Assembly: GCA_002725015.1 (NCBI GenBank) | Contig: PBQM01000038.1 | Coordinates: 1-58,550 of the forward strand | DNA length: 58,550 nt | DNA from: Flavobacteriaceae bacterium | GTDB taxonomy: Bacteria; Bacteroidota; Bacteroidia; Flavobacteriales; Flavobacteriaceae | Direction: 5' to 3' | Shown: in pieces, positions 38,923 through 48,614 of the stretch | Layout of the letters: every line of letters begins with the position of its first letter | Position numbering within the stretch: position 1 is the stretch's first letter | The notes under the pieces: model-generated | Told to the model about the DNA's origin: nothing | The model's input: only the letters and a program-made list of their open reading frames with translations | The model's database searches: none | Translations under genes and position numbers: made by a program

Positions 38923-38950
38923 AAGACGGACGTTTAAGTCCGTCTTTTTT
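38923..38950 (+). terminator. Intrinsic terminator
   Basis: AAGACGGAC-GTTTAA-GTCCGTCTT plus T-run. Confidence 0.85.
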
Positions 38951-38961
38951 ATTTTTGCCAA

Positions 38962-39669
38962 ATGTCAATATCTAAAATTAAAAAGCCGCTGGTATTATCA
39001 ATCCTGTTTTTTTTACCGGTACTCTTTCTTTTGTTCTTATATCCCTCCAAGCACAATTATGAAACTTTGGACGTTGTCAGGGAAAATATTCCAGAACTCT
39101 ATAATTTCAAAACATTGGAAGGCGACAGTGTTCGTTTGGAAAATCATCTCACAGTTCTTGCATTTTTTGGCAAGACGCCCATGGAAGATGCTACAAATGC
39201 CCTTAACTTAAAGGAACTTATTTATGATAAATTCTTGGGATTTAAACGCTTTCAGGTATTGGCTTTGGTCCCCCACTCCGCCAAGCGCCAATCTATGGAT
39301 TTAAATAAAGAACTCAATGCCTATCTGCCATTGGAATATTGGAAATTTGCTTTTGGGTCTGATGATGCCATAAACGAAGCCTACAAAAGCCTTCAAATAG
39401 AAAGCCCTCTTAGTACAAACCTAGCTTCAGCTAGTGTATTTGTTGTTGATAGAGAAAGGCATCAAAGAGGCAGACTAGACGATCGTACAAAATCTGAGAT
39501 TGAAGCTGGCTCAGCGGTTTACTCCATGGCTGCTTACAATGTTCTAGATGTTTCTGATTTAAAAAATAAAATGAGTGACGATATCCGTATTTTATTTACT
39601 GAGTACCGTCAAAAACGAAAGGGAAATTTCAGTTCAACGACGCGAAGAGCCAACGATTTAAAGCAATGA
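38962..39669 (+). CDS. Membrane-anchored SCO-like (thioredoxin-fold) protein lacking the CxxxC motif
   Basis: N-terminal TM; segments align by eye with the adjacent SCO (WKFAFGSDDAI vs WHFLTGDQEAI; VFVVDRERHQR vs FALIDKLGYIR); no Cys. Confidence 0.65.
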   Translation: MSISKIKKPLVLSILFFLPVLFLLFLYPSKHNYETLDVVRENIPELYNFKTLEGDSVRLENHLTVLAFFGKTPMEDATNALNLKELIYDKFLGFKRFQVLALVPHSAKRQSMDLNKELNAYLPLEYWKFAFGSDDAINEAYKSLQIESPLSTNLASASVFVVDRERHQRGRLDDRTKSEIEAGSAVYSMAAYNVLDVSDLKNKMSDDIRILFTEYRQKRKGNFSSTTRRANDLKQ

Positions 39670-40412
39670 AAAAGACAGAATATTCATATGTTGGTATTGC
39701 CTTTATCATATTGGTATTTGGGATGATTTTTATTCCTAAAATTGTTGACCGCATTAGCGAGGGTGATATTGAGAGAACAGAAAGTCGCAGTCAAAACTTA
39801 ATGCTTCAACCCAAAGACATCGCCCCACTTTCCTATTTAATTATCAATGGCGAGCGCAAAAAGGTTATGCCGTTTCGCTTCACCAATCAAGCAGGAGACA
39901 TCATATCCAATAAAGATTTTGAGGGGAAGGTTTATTTGGTTGAATTTTTTTTTACGACATGCCCAACAATTTGTCCAATAATGAACCAAAACTTGGCAGA
40001 CATTCAAAACACTTTTCCCAAACGCTCTGATTTTGGCATTGCTTCCATCACCATCAATCCAGATTACGATACTGTTGAGGTGCTAAAGAAATACGCCAAC
40101 GAATACGGCGTTACCCATCCAAATTGGCATTTTTTAACCGGAGATCAAGAAGCCATTTATGACTTTGCCAATGATGGGTTTAATCTTTACGCCGCAGCAG
40201 TTGAAGGCGCCCCAGGCGGCTTTGAACACTCCGGGAATTTTGCCTTGATTGATAAATTGGGCTATATTCGTTCACGTACAGATGCCTTTGGAAATCCGAA
40301 GATATATTACAAGGGTACCATTGGGCAAAAAGAACAGCTGAATGATGAAGGGGAGCTGGAGGAAATTTCAGCACTTAAAGAAGATATTTTAAAACTACTT
40401 GATTATGAGTAA
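39666..40412 (+). CDS. SCO1/SenC family copper chaperone
   Basis: FFFTTCPTICP CxxxC motif and conserved His in FEHSG. Confidence 0.93.
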   Translation: MKKTEYSYVGIAFIILVFGMIFIPKIVDRISEGDIERTESRSQNLMLQPKDIAPLSYLIINGERKKVMPFRFTNQAGDIISNKDFEGKVYLVEFFFTTCPTICPIMNQNLADIQNTFPKRSDFGIASITINPDYDTVEVLKKYANEYGVTHPNWHFLTGDQEAIYDFANDGFNLYAAAVEGAPGGFEHSGNFALIDKLGYIRSRTDAFGNPKIYYKGTIGQKEQLNDEGELEEISALKEDILKLLDYE

Positions 40413-40938
40413 AACAACAAAATTAAATCCAAAGCAATTAAAACTCTGGGCCAATATTGTCAGCATTGCAATTCCGATTGTTGTAGCCATCCTTTTTACC
40501 GTAAGGCTTCCCAATGTTGAGCCACTCTCTTTTTTACCCCCCATTTACGCTGCTATCAATGGAATTACTGCGCTTAAGCTAATTGCTGCCTTAATTTCTA
40601 TAAAAAGCAAAAAAATATTATTGCACGAAATTCTTATGAAAACCGCCATTTGTTGCTCGGTTGTATTTCTTCTGATGTACGTGGCCTACCACATGACGAG
40701 TGATCCAACGCCCTATGGTGGTGAGGGAGCTTCAAGACTCATTTATTACGTTATTTTAATCTCACATATACTCCTTTCAATCATTGTTATTCCTTTGGTG
40801 TTGCACAGCTATTTAAGAGCTTATTTAGGAGACTATAAGGCGCATAAAAAAATTGTGAAATACGCTTATCCAGTATGGCTTTATGTCGCGATTACAGGTG
40901 TGATTGTTTATTGTATGATTTACCCTTACTACACCTAA
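40405..40938 (+). CDS. DUF420 (CtaM/YozB-like) membrane protein
   Basis: FLLMYVAYH, ILISHILLS, HKKI, PVWLYVAITGV. Confidence 0.88.
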   Translation: MSKTTKLNPKQLKLWANIVSIAIPIVVAILFTVRLPNVEPLSFLPPIYAAINGITALKLIAALISIKSKKILLHEILMKTAICCSVVFLLMYVAYHMTSDPTPYGGEGASRLIYYVILISHILLSIIVIPLVLHSYLRAYLGDYKAHKKIVKYAYPVWLYVAITGVIVYCMIYPYYT

Positions 40939-40943
40939 ATAAT

Positions 40944-41174
40944 TTGACACGTTTTACTACATATTTATTTTTGCTTTTTTGGGGGTTTTACAGCTATGGT
41001 CAATGTGCCATGTGTAGGGCTGTTTTAGAAAATGAGGCAGGCCAAACAACTGCAAAGGGCGTTAATGATGGCATTGTTTATCTCATGTTAATTCCCTATG
41101 TTTTGATAGGCGGCCTGGCTTTTTTTACCTATCGCCATTTTAAGAAACTTTCAAAAAAGTCTAAAACCCCTTGA
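40944..41174 (+). CDS. Small exported membrane-anchored protein with CxxC (QCAMCRAVLE)
   Basis: TTG 5 nt after the DUF420 stop; signal-peptide-like stretch, QCAMC, GVNDGIVYLMLIPY TM helix, basic tail. Confidence 0.75.
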   Translation: MTRFTTYLFLLFWGFYSYGQCAMCRAVLENEAGQTTAKGVNDGIVYLMLIPYVLIGGLAFFTYRHFKKLSKKSKTP

Positions 41175-41397
41175 AATTAAAAAAATCTTTAAAACCAACA
41201 TTTAAGGCTTTTAATATTTTTTGAAGCGTTAGCAATGTGATGTTTCTCTTGCCATTTTCGATATTTGTATAACTTCCAAAATCCATCTTGCAGCGTGCAG
41301 CGACGGCTTTTTGGGATAAATTTTTATTTTTTCTTAGATATTTTAAACGGCGACTTGTAGAGTTAAGCAGTTGTTGTTTTGATTTTATAGAGCTCAT
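41161..41397 (-). CDS. XRE/Cro-C1 family helix-turn-helix protein
   Basis: LKYLRKNKNLSQKAVA...YTNIENGKRNITLLTLQKILKALNV. Confidence 0.85.
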   Translation of the reverse strand: MSSIKSKQQLLNSTSRRLKYLRKNKNLSQKAVAARCKMDFGSYTNIENGKRNITLLTLQKILKALNVGFKDFFNFKGF

Positions 41398-41532
41398 AAG
41401 CAGGAATTTAGTTTAGAAAATTCATTGAATGGCCTTAAGTTTGGGACAAACACTTATGCACATATTTAAATATAGATAAAAATCATTAATAATGGAGCAA
41501 TAAAATATTGATATCAATTCTCTTGCCAAAAT

Positions 41533-41558
41533 TGTAACAAAAAGAAATTTTCACCGTC
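41533..41558 (+). promoter_or_regulatory. Putative ECF-sigma promoter (TGTAAC-N16-CGTC) for the ABC exporter operon
   Basis: Matches the general ECF -35 AAC / -10 CGT consensus, 28 nt upstream of ATG 41587. Confidence 0.5.
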
Positions 41559-41586
41559 CTAAACATACACTTAAATAAAGTTAGAA

Positions 41587-42288
41587 ATGCTCAAAATTGA
41601 AAAGCTCCATAAATCTTATCCCATAGGCGATTCCAGTCTTCATGTTTTAAAGGGGATTGATTTGTCCGTTGAAAAAGGTGAAATGGTGGCGATCATGGGA
41701 TCTTCTGGTTCAGGGAAATCTACGCTTCTCAACATTATAGGAATGTTAGACGAAGCGGATCGCGGGGACTATACTTTAGATGAAGTGCCCATTGAAAATC
41801 TAAGTGAAAAAAAAGCGGCAATATACCGAAACAAGTTTTTGGGATTTATATTCCAATCCTTCAACCTAATCAATTATAAAAATGCCCTCGAAAATGTTTC
41901 TTTGCCTTTATACTACCAAGGTTTAAAAAGGAAACTCAGACAAGAAAAGGCTAAGTTTCATTTAGAAAAGGTTGGTCTTTTAGATTGGGCTTCACATTTG
42001 CCAAGTGAGCTTTCAGGAGGCCAAAAACAGCGTGTGGCGATTGCCAGAGCCCTGGCTTCTGAGCCTAAACTTTTATTGGCTGATGAGCCCACAGGGGCCT
42101 TGGACAGCAATACGTCTTGTGACATCATGGCCTTTCTTCAGCAGCTCAACGATGAAGGCAAAACAATTTTAATCGTAACACATGAACAAGATATTGCGAA
42201 TATGTGCAAGCGAATTATTCGCTTAAAAGATGGGATTATTATGGAAGATAATTTAATAAAACAACACAGAGTGATTGCCGATGTTTGA
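41587..42288 (+). CDS. ABC transporter ATP-binding protein (MacB/LolD-like)
   Basis: GSSGSGKST, LSGGQKQRVAIARAL, LLADEPTGALD. Confidence 0.93.
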   Translation: MLKIEKLHKSYPIGDSSLHVLKGIDLSVEKGEMVAIMGSSGSGKSTLLNIIGMLDEADRGDYTLDEVPIENLSEKKAAIYRNKFLGFIFQSFNLINYKNALENVSLPLYYQGLKRKLRQEKAKFHLEKVGLLDWASHLPSELSGGQKQRVAIARALASEPKLLLADEPTGALDSNTSCDIMAFLQQLNDEGKTILIVTHEQDIANMCKRIIRLKDGIIMEDNLIKQHRVIADV

Positions 42289-43513
42289 TGTAGATTTTTG
42301 GCGAGAAATATTTCAAAGTATCGACAAAAACCGAACCCGAAGTTTACTTTCTGGTTTTACGGTTGCCTTTGCGATATTACTGTTTACAGTCCTTTTTGGA
42401 TTGGCCAATGGGCTTAATAATTTTTTTTCTGAGGCTTTTGTTGACGACGCTGCCAATTCTATTTTTATTCGAAGTGGTCGTACCACCAAAGCGCATAAAG
42501 GGCTTCAGTCAGGCCGCCGCATTCAGTTTAAAAACAAAGATTATGATTATATCAAATCAGATTTTGATCCCAGTGTAGAGTTTATAACTGCGAGAATTTA
42601 CCGCAATGTTGCTGCGAGCTATAAAAATGAAAAAAACAGCTATTTATTAAGAGCCGTTCATCCAGATCACCAGTATTTGGAAAAAACAAGAATGACACAA
42701 GGACGCTATCTTAACCAGCGCGATATGCAAAGTCGCACCAAGGCCATTGTCATTGGCGACTTGGTACGACAAGATTTATTTCTCAAGGATGAGAATGTCA
42801 TTGGCGAATACATCAATTTAAGTGGAATATTGTATAAAGTGGTAGGTGTCTTTAAAGATGATGGAGGCGATGATGAAGAGCGCATTATTTATATGTCGCT
42901 TACAACCGCACAACAAATCTATGGGAACAATGATTATGTCGATCAAATTAATCTTACATACAATCCCGAAATGGATTACAATCAAGCAATTGATTTTGGT
43001 CTGGATTTAGAACAACAACTGAAAGAACGCTTTACGGTCGCCAAAAATGACCAAAGAGCGATTCGGGTCTTTAATATGGCCATGCAAAATAAGGGGATTA
43101 ACCAAATGACCTCGGTCCTTGGGATACTCATTTTAATCATTGGATCTGGTACTTTAATAGCGGGCATAGTCGGCATCAGCAATATTATGATATTTATTGT
43201 CAAAGAAAGGACTAAAGAAATTGGCATTCGAAAAGCGCTTGGTGCTTCGCCCAAGGCCATTGTGGCACTCATCATAACAGAATCTATTTTAATCACAACT
43301 TTAGCAGGTTATTTTGGGCTGGTGCTTGGCGTCGGTTTTTTGGAGTGGATCGGTCCCAGTTTAAAACAATACTTTATAACGGACCCTGGGGTGAGTCAAA
43401 GCTTGGTCATAACCGCCACAATCACTCTTATTACCGCAGGTGGAATCGCAGGCTATTTACCAGCCAAAAAGGCCTCAAAAATCAAACCTATAGTCGCTTT
43501 AAGAGATGAATAA
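42281..43513 (+). CDS. ABC transporter permease (MacB/FtsX-like)
   Basis: GISNIMIFIVKERTKEIGIRKALGA, PAKKASKIKPIVALRDE. Confidence 0.92.
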   Translation: MFDVDFWREIFQSIDKNRTRSLLSGFTVAFAILLFTVLFGLANGLNNFFSEAFVDDAANSIFIRSGRTTKAHKGLQSGRRIQFKNKDYDYIKSDFDPSVEFITARIYRNVAASYKNEKNSYLLRAVHPDHQYLEKTRMTQGRYLNQRDMQSRTKAIVIGDLVRQDLFLKDENVIGEYINLSGILYKVVGVFKDDGGDDEERIIYMSLTTAQQIYGNNDYVDQINLTYNPEMDYNQAIDFGLDLEQQLKERFTVAKNDQRAIRVFNMAMQNKGINQMTSVLGILILIIGSGTLIAGIVGISNIMIFIVKERTKEIGIRKALGASPKAIVALIITESILITTLAGYFGLVLGVGFLEWIGPSLKQYFITDPGVSQSLVITATITLITAGGIAGYLPAKKASKIKPIVALRDE

Positions 43514-44759
43514 CCCTATTAAATTTTTATTTGAAAGCGATACCTGGAAAGAGGTTTATGAAAGTGTGACTAAAAACAAGGTTCGCACTGCCATTACAAT
43601 GATTGGTGTGTGGTGGGGAATTTTATTGCTTATTGCTCTTTTGGGTGCTGCAAGAGGTATGGAAAATTCATTCAATAGAATTTTTGGTGATTTTGCGACC
43701 AACAGTGTCTTTATTTGGGGCCAGAGCACCAGCATGCCTTTTAAGGGATATCAAGAGGGTAAAGCCGTTCGGCTTAAATTGTCTCATGTACATAAAATTG
43801 AAGAGAATATCGAGGGTGTAGAACTCGTAGTCCCTAGAAGCCGCCGTCAAGCCTTCGTCGTTCGCAATTTTCTTTCTGGCAACTATGGAGTGAATGGCGA
43901 TTATCCCATGCTAGATCAAATACAAAAGAAAAAGATGATGAATGGGCGATTTATCAATCAAAACGACATCAATTTAAAGCGAAAGGTGGCGGTGATTTCA
44001 GAAGATGTATATAAACAGCTTTTCGAAAAAGATGAAGACCCCGTTGGCGGTTACATTCAAATGAACAGCATTAATTTTACGGTGGTTGGTGTTTTCCAAA
44101 ATGAAAATGTTGACATGGGGCCTTCCAGCGACATTCACATTCCTTTTACCACTTTTCAACAAATTTATAACCAAGGAGATCGGATTGGATGGATGGTTGT
44201 TACTGGCAAAGCGGAGAACAATATCAAGCAAATTGAGGAAGATATCAAATTGCTGCTGCGCAACTTAAATAAAATACATCCTCGCGATAAAAGAGCCTTG
44301 GGAAGTTTTAACCTCGGTAAAGAATTTGCAAAGGTCACGGGTTTTTTAACAGGAATGCAATTTTTAACATGGTTTGTTGGGATTGCAACCCTAATTGCAG
44401 GAGTTTTCGCTATCGGCAATATATTATTGATTACAGTCAAAGAGCGCACCAAAGAAATTGGGGTTCGTCGCGCTCTGGGTGCCACCCCTTTTGAAATAAA
44501 GCGGCAGATTGTCGTAGAAGCGGTGTTTTTAACCATGATCTCAGGTATATTGGGCATCATTACAGGGGGATGGATTCTAATTGTGATCGATAAAACTTGG
44601 GGTCAAGGCGATGATGCCATGCTAGTCAATGCATCAGTTTCCATTGGGGTTGTATTTATAGCCTTGGCAGTACTGGTGTTTTTAGGGACTTTGATAGGCT
44701 TGATCCCCGCCTTTAAAGCAACCAGCGTTAAACCTATTGAAGCATTAAGAGAAGAATAA
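43506..44759 (+). CDS. ABC transporter permease (MacB/FtsX-like), second paralog
   Basis: IGNILLITVKERTKEIGVRRALGA, KPIEALREE. Confidence 0.92.
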   Translation: MNNPIKFLFESDTWKEVYESVTKNKVRTAITMIGVWWGILLLIALLGAARGMENSFNRIFGDFATNSVFIWGQSTSMPFKGYQEGKAVRLKLSHVHKIEENIEGVELVVPRSRRQAFVVRNFLSGNYGVNGDYPMLDQIQKKKMMNGRFINQNDINLKRKVAVISEDVYKQLFEKDEDPVGGYIQMNSINFTVVGVFQNENVDMGPSSDIHIPFTTFQQIYNQGDRIGWMVVTGKAENNIKQIEEDIKLLLRNLNKIHPRDKRALGSFNLGKEFAKVTGFLTGMQFLTWFVGIATLIAGVFAIGNILLITVKERTKEIGVRRALGATPFEIKRQIVVEAVFLTMISGILGIITGGWILIVIDKTWGQGDDAMLVNASVSIGVVFIALAVLVFLGTLIGLIPAFKATSVKPIEALREE

Positions 44760-44772
44760 TTAAATTTAAACA

Positions 44773-45903
44773 ATGAATAAAACAATAAAAATTATATTGG
44801 GAATCGTCTTGCTAATCCTCTTTGTATTTGTATTAAAATACTTTAAGGATTCCAATGCAAAAGACATCATAGATTATAAAACAGAGTCACCTTTTTACAC
44901 CTCTTTGGATACAAAAATCGTTGCCACAGGAAAGTTAAATCCAGAGGAGGAAATTGAGCTTAAACCTCAAATTTCTGGTATTGTCGATAAGATTTTAGTG
45001 GAAGAGGGAGATCTGGTTCAGAAAGGGGATTTAATTGCTAAAATCCGAGTGGTTCCCAACGAACAAGCATTGGTCAGTGCACAAAGCCGTATCAAAACTA
45101 CAAAATTCACATATGACAATGCCAAAACCCTTTTTAACCGCAATAAAGCACTTTATGAAAAAGGCGTCATTTCAAGACAAGATTTTGAAAACAACGAGCT
45201 GAGTTTAAATCAAGCTGAAGAAGGCTATCTACAAGCTCAAAACGACTATCAAATTATCAAGCAAGGATCAATTTCTGGTGGGGGATCTGCCAATACCAAT
45301 ATCGTTGCACAAATATCGGGAACGATTTTACAAATTCCCGTCAGAGAAGGGGATCAAGTGATTCAAAGTAATAATTTTAATGCAGGAACGACCATCGCCA
45401 CTATCGCCGATATGCGTCAAATGATTTTTGAGGGTAAGGTCGATGAATCTGAGGTCGGTAAGCTAGAGGAAGGCAAAGCGATTAGCGTTGTTCTCGGCGC
45501 TTTGGATGAGAAGGAGTTTCCTGCTAAATTAACATTTGTAGCCCCCAAAGGCATTGAGGAAAATGGCGCTGTTCAATTTGTAGTCAAAGCCGATGTAGCG
45601 GTTGAATCTAGCAGTATGATTCGCGCTGGTTACAGTGCCAACGCAGAGATAGAGGTTGCCAGTAAAGACAGTGTTTTGGTGGTTAAGGAGGCCTTGCTTC
45701 AGTTCAACAGAATTACCGAAAAGCCTTATGTTGAAATATTAAAAACCGATGGAGACTTTGTAATAAAAAATGTTGAGATTGGTATTTCAGACGGAGTCAA
45801 CGTAGAAATTATTGAAGGTGTACTGCTGTCTGACGAAATAAAAGTTTGGAACAAAGCCATTGACGAAAACAATGAAGACGAAGAAAATAACGATGAAGAA
45901 TAA
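44773..45903 (+). CDS. Efflux periplasmic adaptor (MacA/HlyD family)
   Basis: Lipoyl-like KPQISGIVDKILVEEGDLVQKGD, AQISGTIL..PVREGDQV; VDESEVG. Confidence 0.9.
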   Translation: MNKTIKIILGIVLLILFVFVLKYFKDSNAKDIIDYKTESPFYTSLDTKIVATGKLNPEEEIELKPQISGIVDKILVEEGDLVQKGDLIAKIRVVPNEQALVSAQSRIKTTKFTYDNAKTLFNRNKALYEKGVISRQDFENNELSLNQAEEGYLQAQNDYQIIKQGSISGGGSANTNIVAQISGTILQIPVREGDQVIQSNNFNAGTTIATIADMRQMIFEGKVDESEVGKLEEGKAISVVLGALDEKEFPAKLTFVAPKGIEENGAVQFVVKADVAVESSSMIRAGYSANAEIEVASKDSVLVVKEALLQFNRITEKPYVEILKTDGDFVIKNVEIGISDGVNVEIIEGVLLSDEIKVWNKAIDENNEDEENNDEE

Positions 45904-45916
45904 CCCTCACAAACCC

Positions 45917-47230
45917 ATGAAAAATTTATTTACAATTCTTTTTCTTTTAGGAACTTTAAACAGTTTTGCTCAAAAAAAATGGAGCCTAGAGGCCTGTATC
46001 AATCACGCACTTGAAAATAATATCAGTGTGAGGCAAAGTCAAAATACACTGCTGAGCAACGATCAAGATATACAGGCAGCCAAGGGGAATTTCTTGCCAT
46101 TATTGGGCATTAATGGCTCTCAGCGTTTGAACTTAGGGAACGTACAGGTTTTCGATGGACAGTTTTTAGATCGAACTTTCCATTCAACCAACTTTGGTGT
46201 AAATATTTCTCAAACAGTTTTTAACGGTTTTCGAAACACCAATATTTACAAGCAGTCAATTATTAACAAGGCGGCCAACGAAGAGGCCTATAAACGCATC
46301 CGGGACAATGTTTCACTCAATGTTGTTAACTCCTATTTAAATGTGTTGCTCAACAAAGAGAATTTGAGAATAGCAGAGACACAGTATAATTTTTCGTTGG
46401 AGCAGCTTGAACGCGTTAAAGAATTGGTGGCGGCTGGGACACAACCAGAGGCCAATGTGTTTGATGCAGAGGCAACTTTGGCAAATGATGCACAGCTCCT
46501 AACAGTTGCTCAAAACAACGATGCTTTATCACTCTTATCTTTGTCTCAAGTTTTACAAGTACCCTTTGAAGGTTTTGAAGTACAACTCATCGCCCTTGAC
46601 ACTCCCTCTGAATTGCTGATGTACAACGATGTTAAACCTATATTAGAATACGCTTTTGATAACAGAAGTGAGATTAAGTTGGCAGAAAAAAATATTGAAG
46701 CCGCTAAGTTGGGAGAGGAAATTTCAAAAAGTGGATTTTACCCCACACTAAGCTTGAGTTATGGCCTGAATACGGGGGCTAATTTTTCCAATCTCAGCAA
46801 TGATAATTCTTTTTTTCAGCAAATCAATGACAATAGAGGGCATACCTTTGCGTTGAATCTAAACATCCCTATTTTTTCTAGATATCAAAACAAGACCGCT
46901 GCCGCTAAAGCCAACATTCAAGTTGAAAATAACAATTTGGCACTCGAACAAGCAAAAGTTGATCTAGAAAGCAACATTCAACGTGCTTTCACAGACGCTA
47001 AAGCCGCTTTAAAAACCTATGTTTCATCTCAAAAATCAGTTGCAGCGCGTCAACTCTCTTTTGACAATGCCCAGGAACGTTACAATATTGGAGCGCTAAA
47101 TACTTTAGATCTGGAACAAAACAGAACCCAATTGGTCAATGCCCAATCCACATTGATTCGCGCCAAATATGATTTTCTTTTTAAAACCAAAGTCCTTGAT
47201 TTTTATCTCGGTAAACCTTTAAATTTGTAA
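45917..47230 (+). CDS. TolC family outer membrane protein
   Basis: WSLEACINHALENN, LNIPIF, ERYNIG, AKYDFLFK; signal peptide from ATG 45917. Confidence 0.92.
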   Translation: MKNLFTILFLLGTLNSFAQKKWSLEACINHALENNISVRQSQNTLLSNDQDIQAAKGNFLPLLGINGSQRLNLGNVQVFDGQFLDRTFHSTNFGVNISQTVFNGFRNTNIYKQSIINKAANEEAYKRIRDNVSLNVVNSYLNVLLNKENLRIAETQYNFSLEQLERVKELVAAGTQPEANVFDAEATLANDAQLLTVAQNNDALSLLSLSQVLQVPFEGFEVQLIALDTPSELLMYNDVKPILEYAFDNRSEIKLAEKNIEAAKLGEEISKSGFYPTLSLSYGLNTGANFSNLSNDNSFFQQINDNRGHTFALNLNIPIFSRYQNKTAAAKANIQVENNNLALEQAKVDLESNIQRAFTDAKAALKTYVSSQKSVAARQLSFDNAQERYNIGALNTLDLEQNRTQLVNAQSTLIRAKYDFLFKTKVLDFYLGKPLNL

Positions 47231-47902
47231 ATGGCTTGTATTTTAAATATTGAGACTTCAACAACCAACTGTTCTGTGGCCCTTTCACAAGATGGGGAGC
47301 TCATCGCTTTAAAAGAGGACAATAATCTGCAATATTCTCACTCTGAGCGGCTTCACCTTTATATTGATGAGGTTATCAATATAGCGCAGGTTTACCAACA
47401 TAAAATAGATGCCGTTGCCGTTAGTATGGGGCCTGGGTCTTACACGGGATTGCGCATTGGTGTTTCTGCGGCTAAAGGCCTTTGTTTTGCATTGGACCTT
47501 CCTTTGATTGCGGTTCCTACTTTAGAGGTATTGGCACGGAAAATAAATGTCAATGCTGGCTGTATTATTCCTATGCTTGACGCCCGACGTATGGAAGTTT
47601 ACTCCCAAGTTTTTGACGCTAAACACCATCCTATTGAAGCCCTATCTGCTCAAATTTTACAACCTGATTCCTATTTGAATTTCCTAAACGGACAAGCGGT
47701 GTATTTTGTTGGAAATGCCAATAACAAAGCCAAAACACTTATCAACCATCCGAATGCAAATTTTGAAAGCCAGCTGCCCTCTGCTGAACAAATGTGTGGT
47801 TTGTCACACAAGAAATTTATAAATCATGACTTTGAAGATCTGGCATATTTTGAACCTTTTTATCTAAAAGATTTTATTGCCACCCCCCCTGGGAAAATAT
47901 AA
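47231..47902 (+). CDS. tsaB: tRNA threonylcarbamoyladenosine biosynthesis protein TsaB
   Basis: ILNIETST, GPGSYTGLRIG, DARRMEVY. Confidence 0.94.
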   Translation: MACILNIETSTTNCSVALSQDGELIALKEDNNLQYSHSERLHLYIDEVINIAQVYQHKIDAVAVSMGPGSYTGLRIGVSAAKGLCFALDLPLIAVPTLEVLARKINVNAGCIIPMLDARRMEVYSQVFDAKHHPIEALSAQILQPDSYLNFLNGQAVYFVGNANNKAKTLINHPNANFESQLPSAEQMCGLSHKKFINHDFEDLAYFEPFYLKDFIATPPGKI

Positions 47903-47939
47903 AGCGAAAGATTGTACCTTTGGGGTTTAAAATTTATGT

Positions 47940-48614
47940 ATGAAGCTCGTTATTGTACCAACGCCGATTGGAAATCTTGAGGACATGACAATGCGTGGGA
48001 TTTCGACATTAAAATCAGTGGATTTGATTCTTGCAGAAGACACTCGAACTTCCGCCAAGCTTCTCAAGTATTTTGACATTTCTACCCCCATGAAATCCTA
48101 CCATATGCACAACGAGCATAAAATTTTAAAGGGCATCATTGAAAAATTAAAAAGTGGCCTGCAAATCGCCCTTATTAGTGATGCGGGAACTCCTGCCATT
48201 TCTGACCCCGGGTTTTTACTCGTTAGAGCCTGTGTAGCGGAGGGAATTGCATTGGAATGTCTGCCTGGAGCGACGGCTTTTGTTCCTGCGCTTGTTAATT
48301 CTGGTCTCCCTAACGACCGCTTTGTCTTTGAAGGATTTTTACCCTTAAAAAAGGGCCGCCAAACGCGGCTTAAGTTACTCGCCAATGAGCCTCGAACAAC
48401 CGTACTTTACGTAAGCCCTCATAAACTCCAAAAGACACTGCAAGACATTGCTTTATACTTTGGGCCAGAGCGCCGTATTTCTATTTCTCGTGAGCTAAGC
48501 AAAGTCTATGAAGAAACAAGACGAGGTTCGGTTCAATCTATTTTAGAACACTATACAAAGCACCCAGCCAAAGGAGAAATTGTGGTTGTAATATCAGCCG
48601 CATCAGAAGCTTAA
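47940..48614 (+). CDS. rsmI: 16S rRNA (cytidine1402-2'-O)-methyltransferase
   Basis: PTPIGNLED, AEDTR, SDAGTPAISDPG, FEGFLP, RELSK. Confidence 0.95.
   Translation: MKLVIVPTPIGNLEDMTMRGISTLKSVDLILAEDTRTSAKLLKYFDISTPMKSYHMHNEHKILKGIIEKLKSGLQIALISDAGTPAISDPGFLLVRACVAEGIALECLPGATAFVPALVNSGLPNDRFVFEGFLPLKKGRQTRLKLLANEPRTTVLYVSPHKLQKTLQDIALYFGPERRISISRELSKVYEETRRGSVQSILEHYTKHPAKGEIVVVISAASEA

Noticed and set aside
45862-45900. Repetitive acidic tail of the efflux adaptor (DENNEDEENNDEE)
   Set aside because: Low-complexity protein tail, not an exact DNA repeat array
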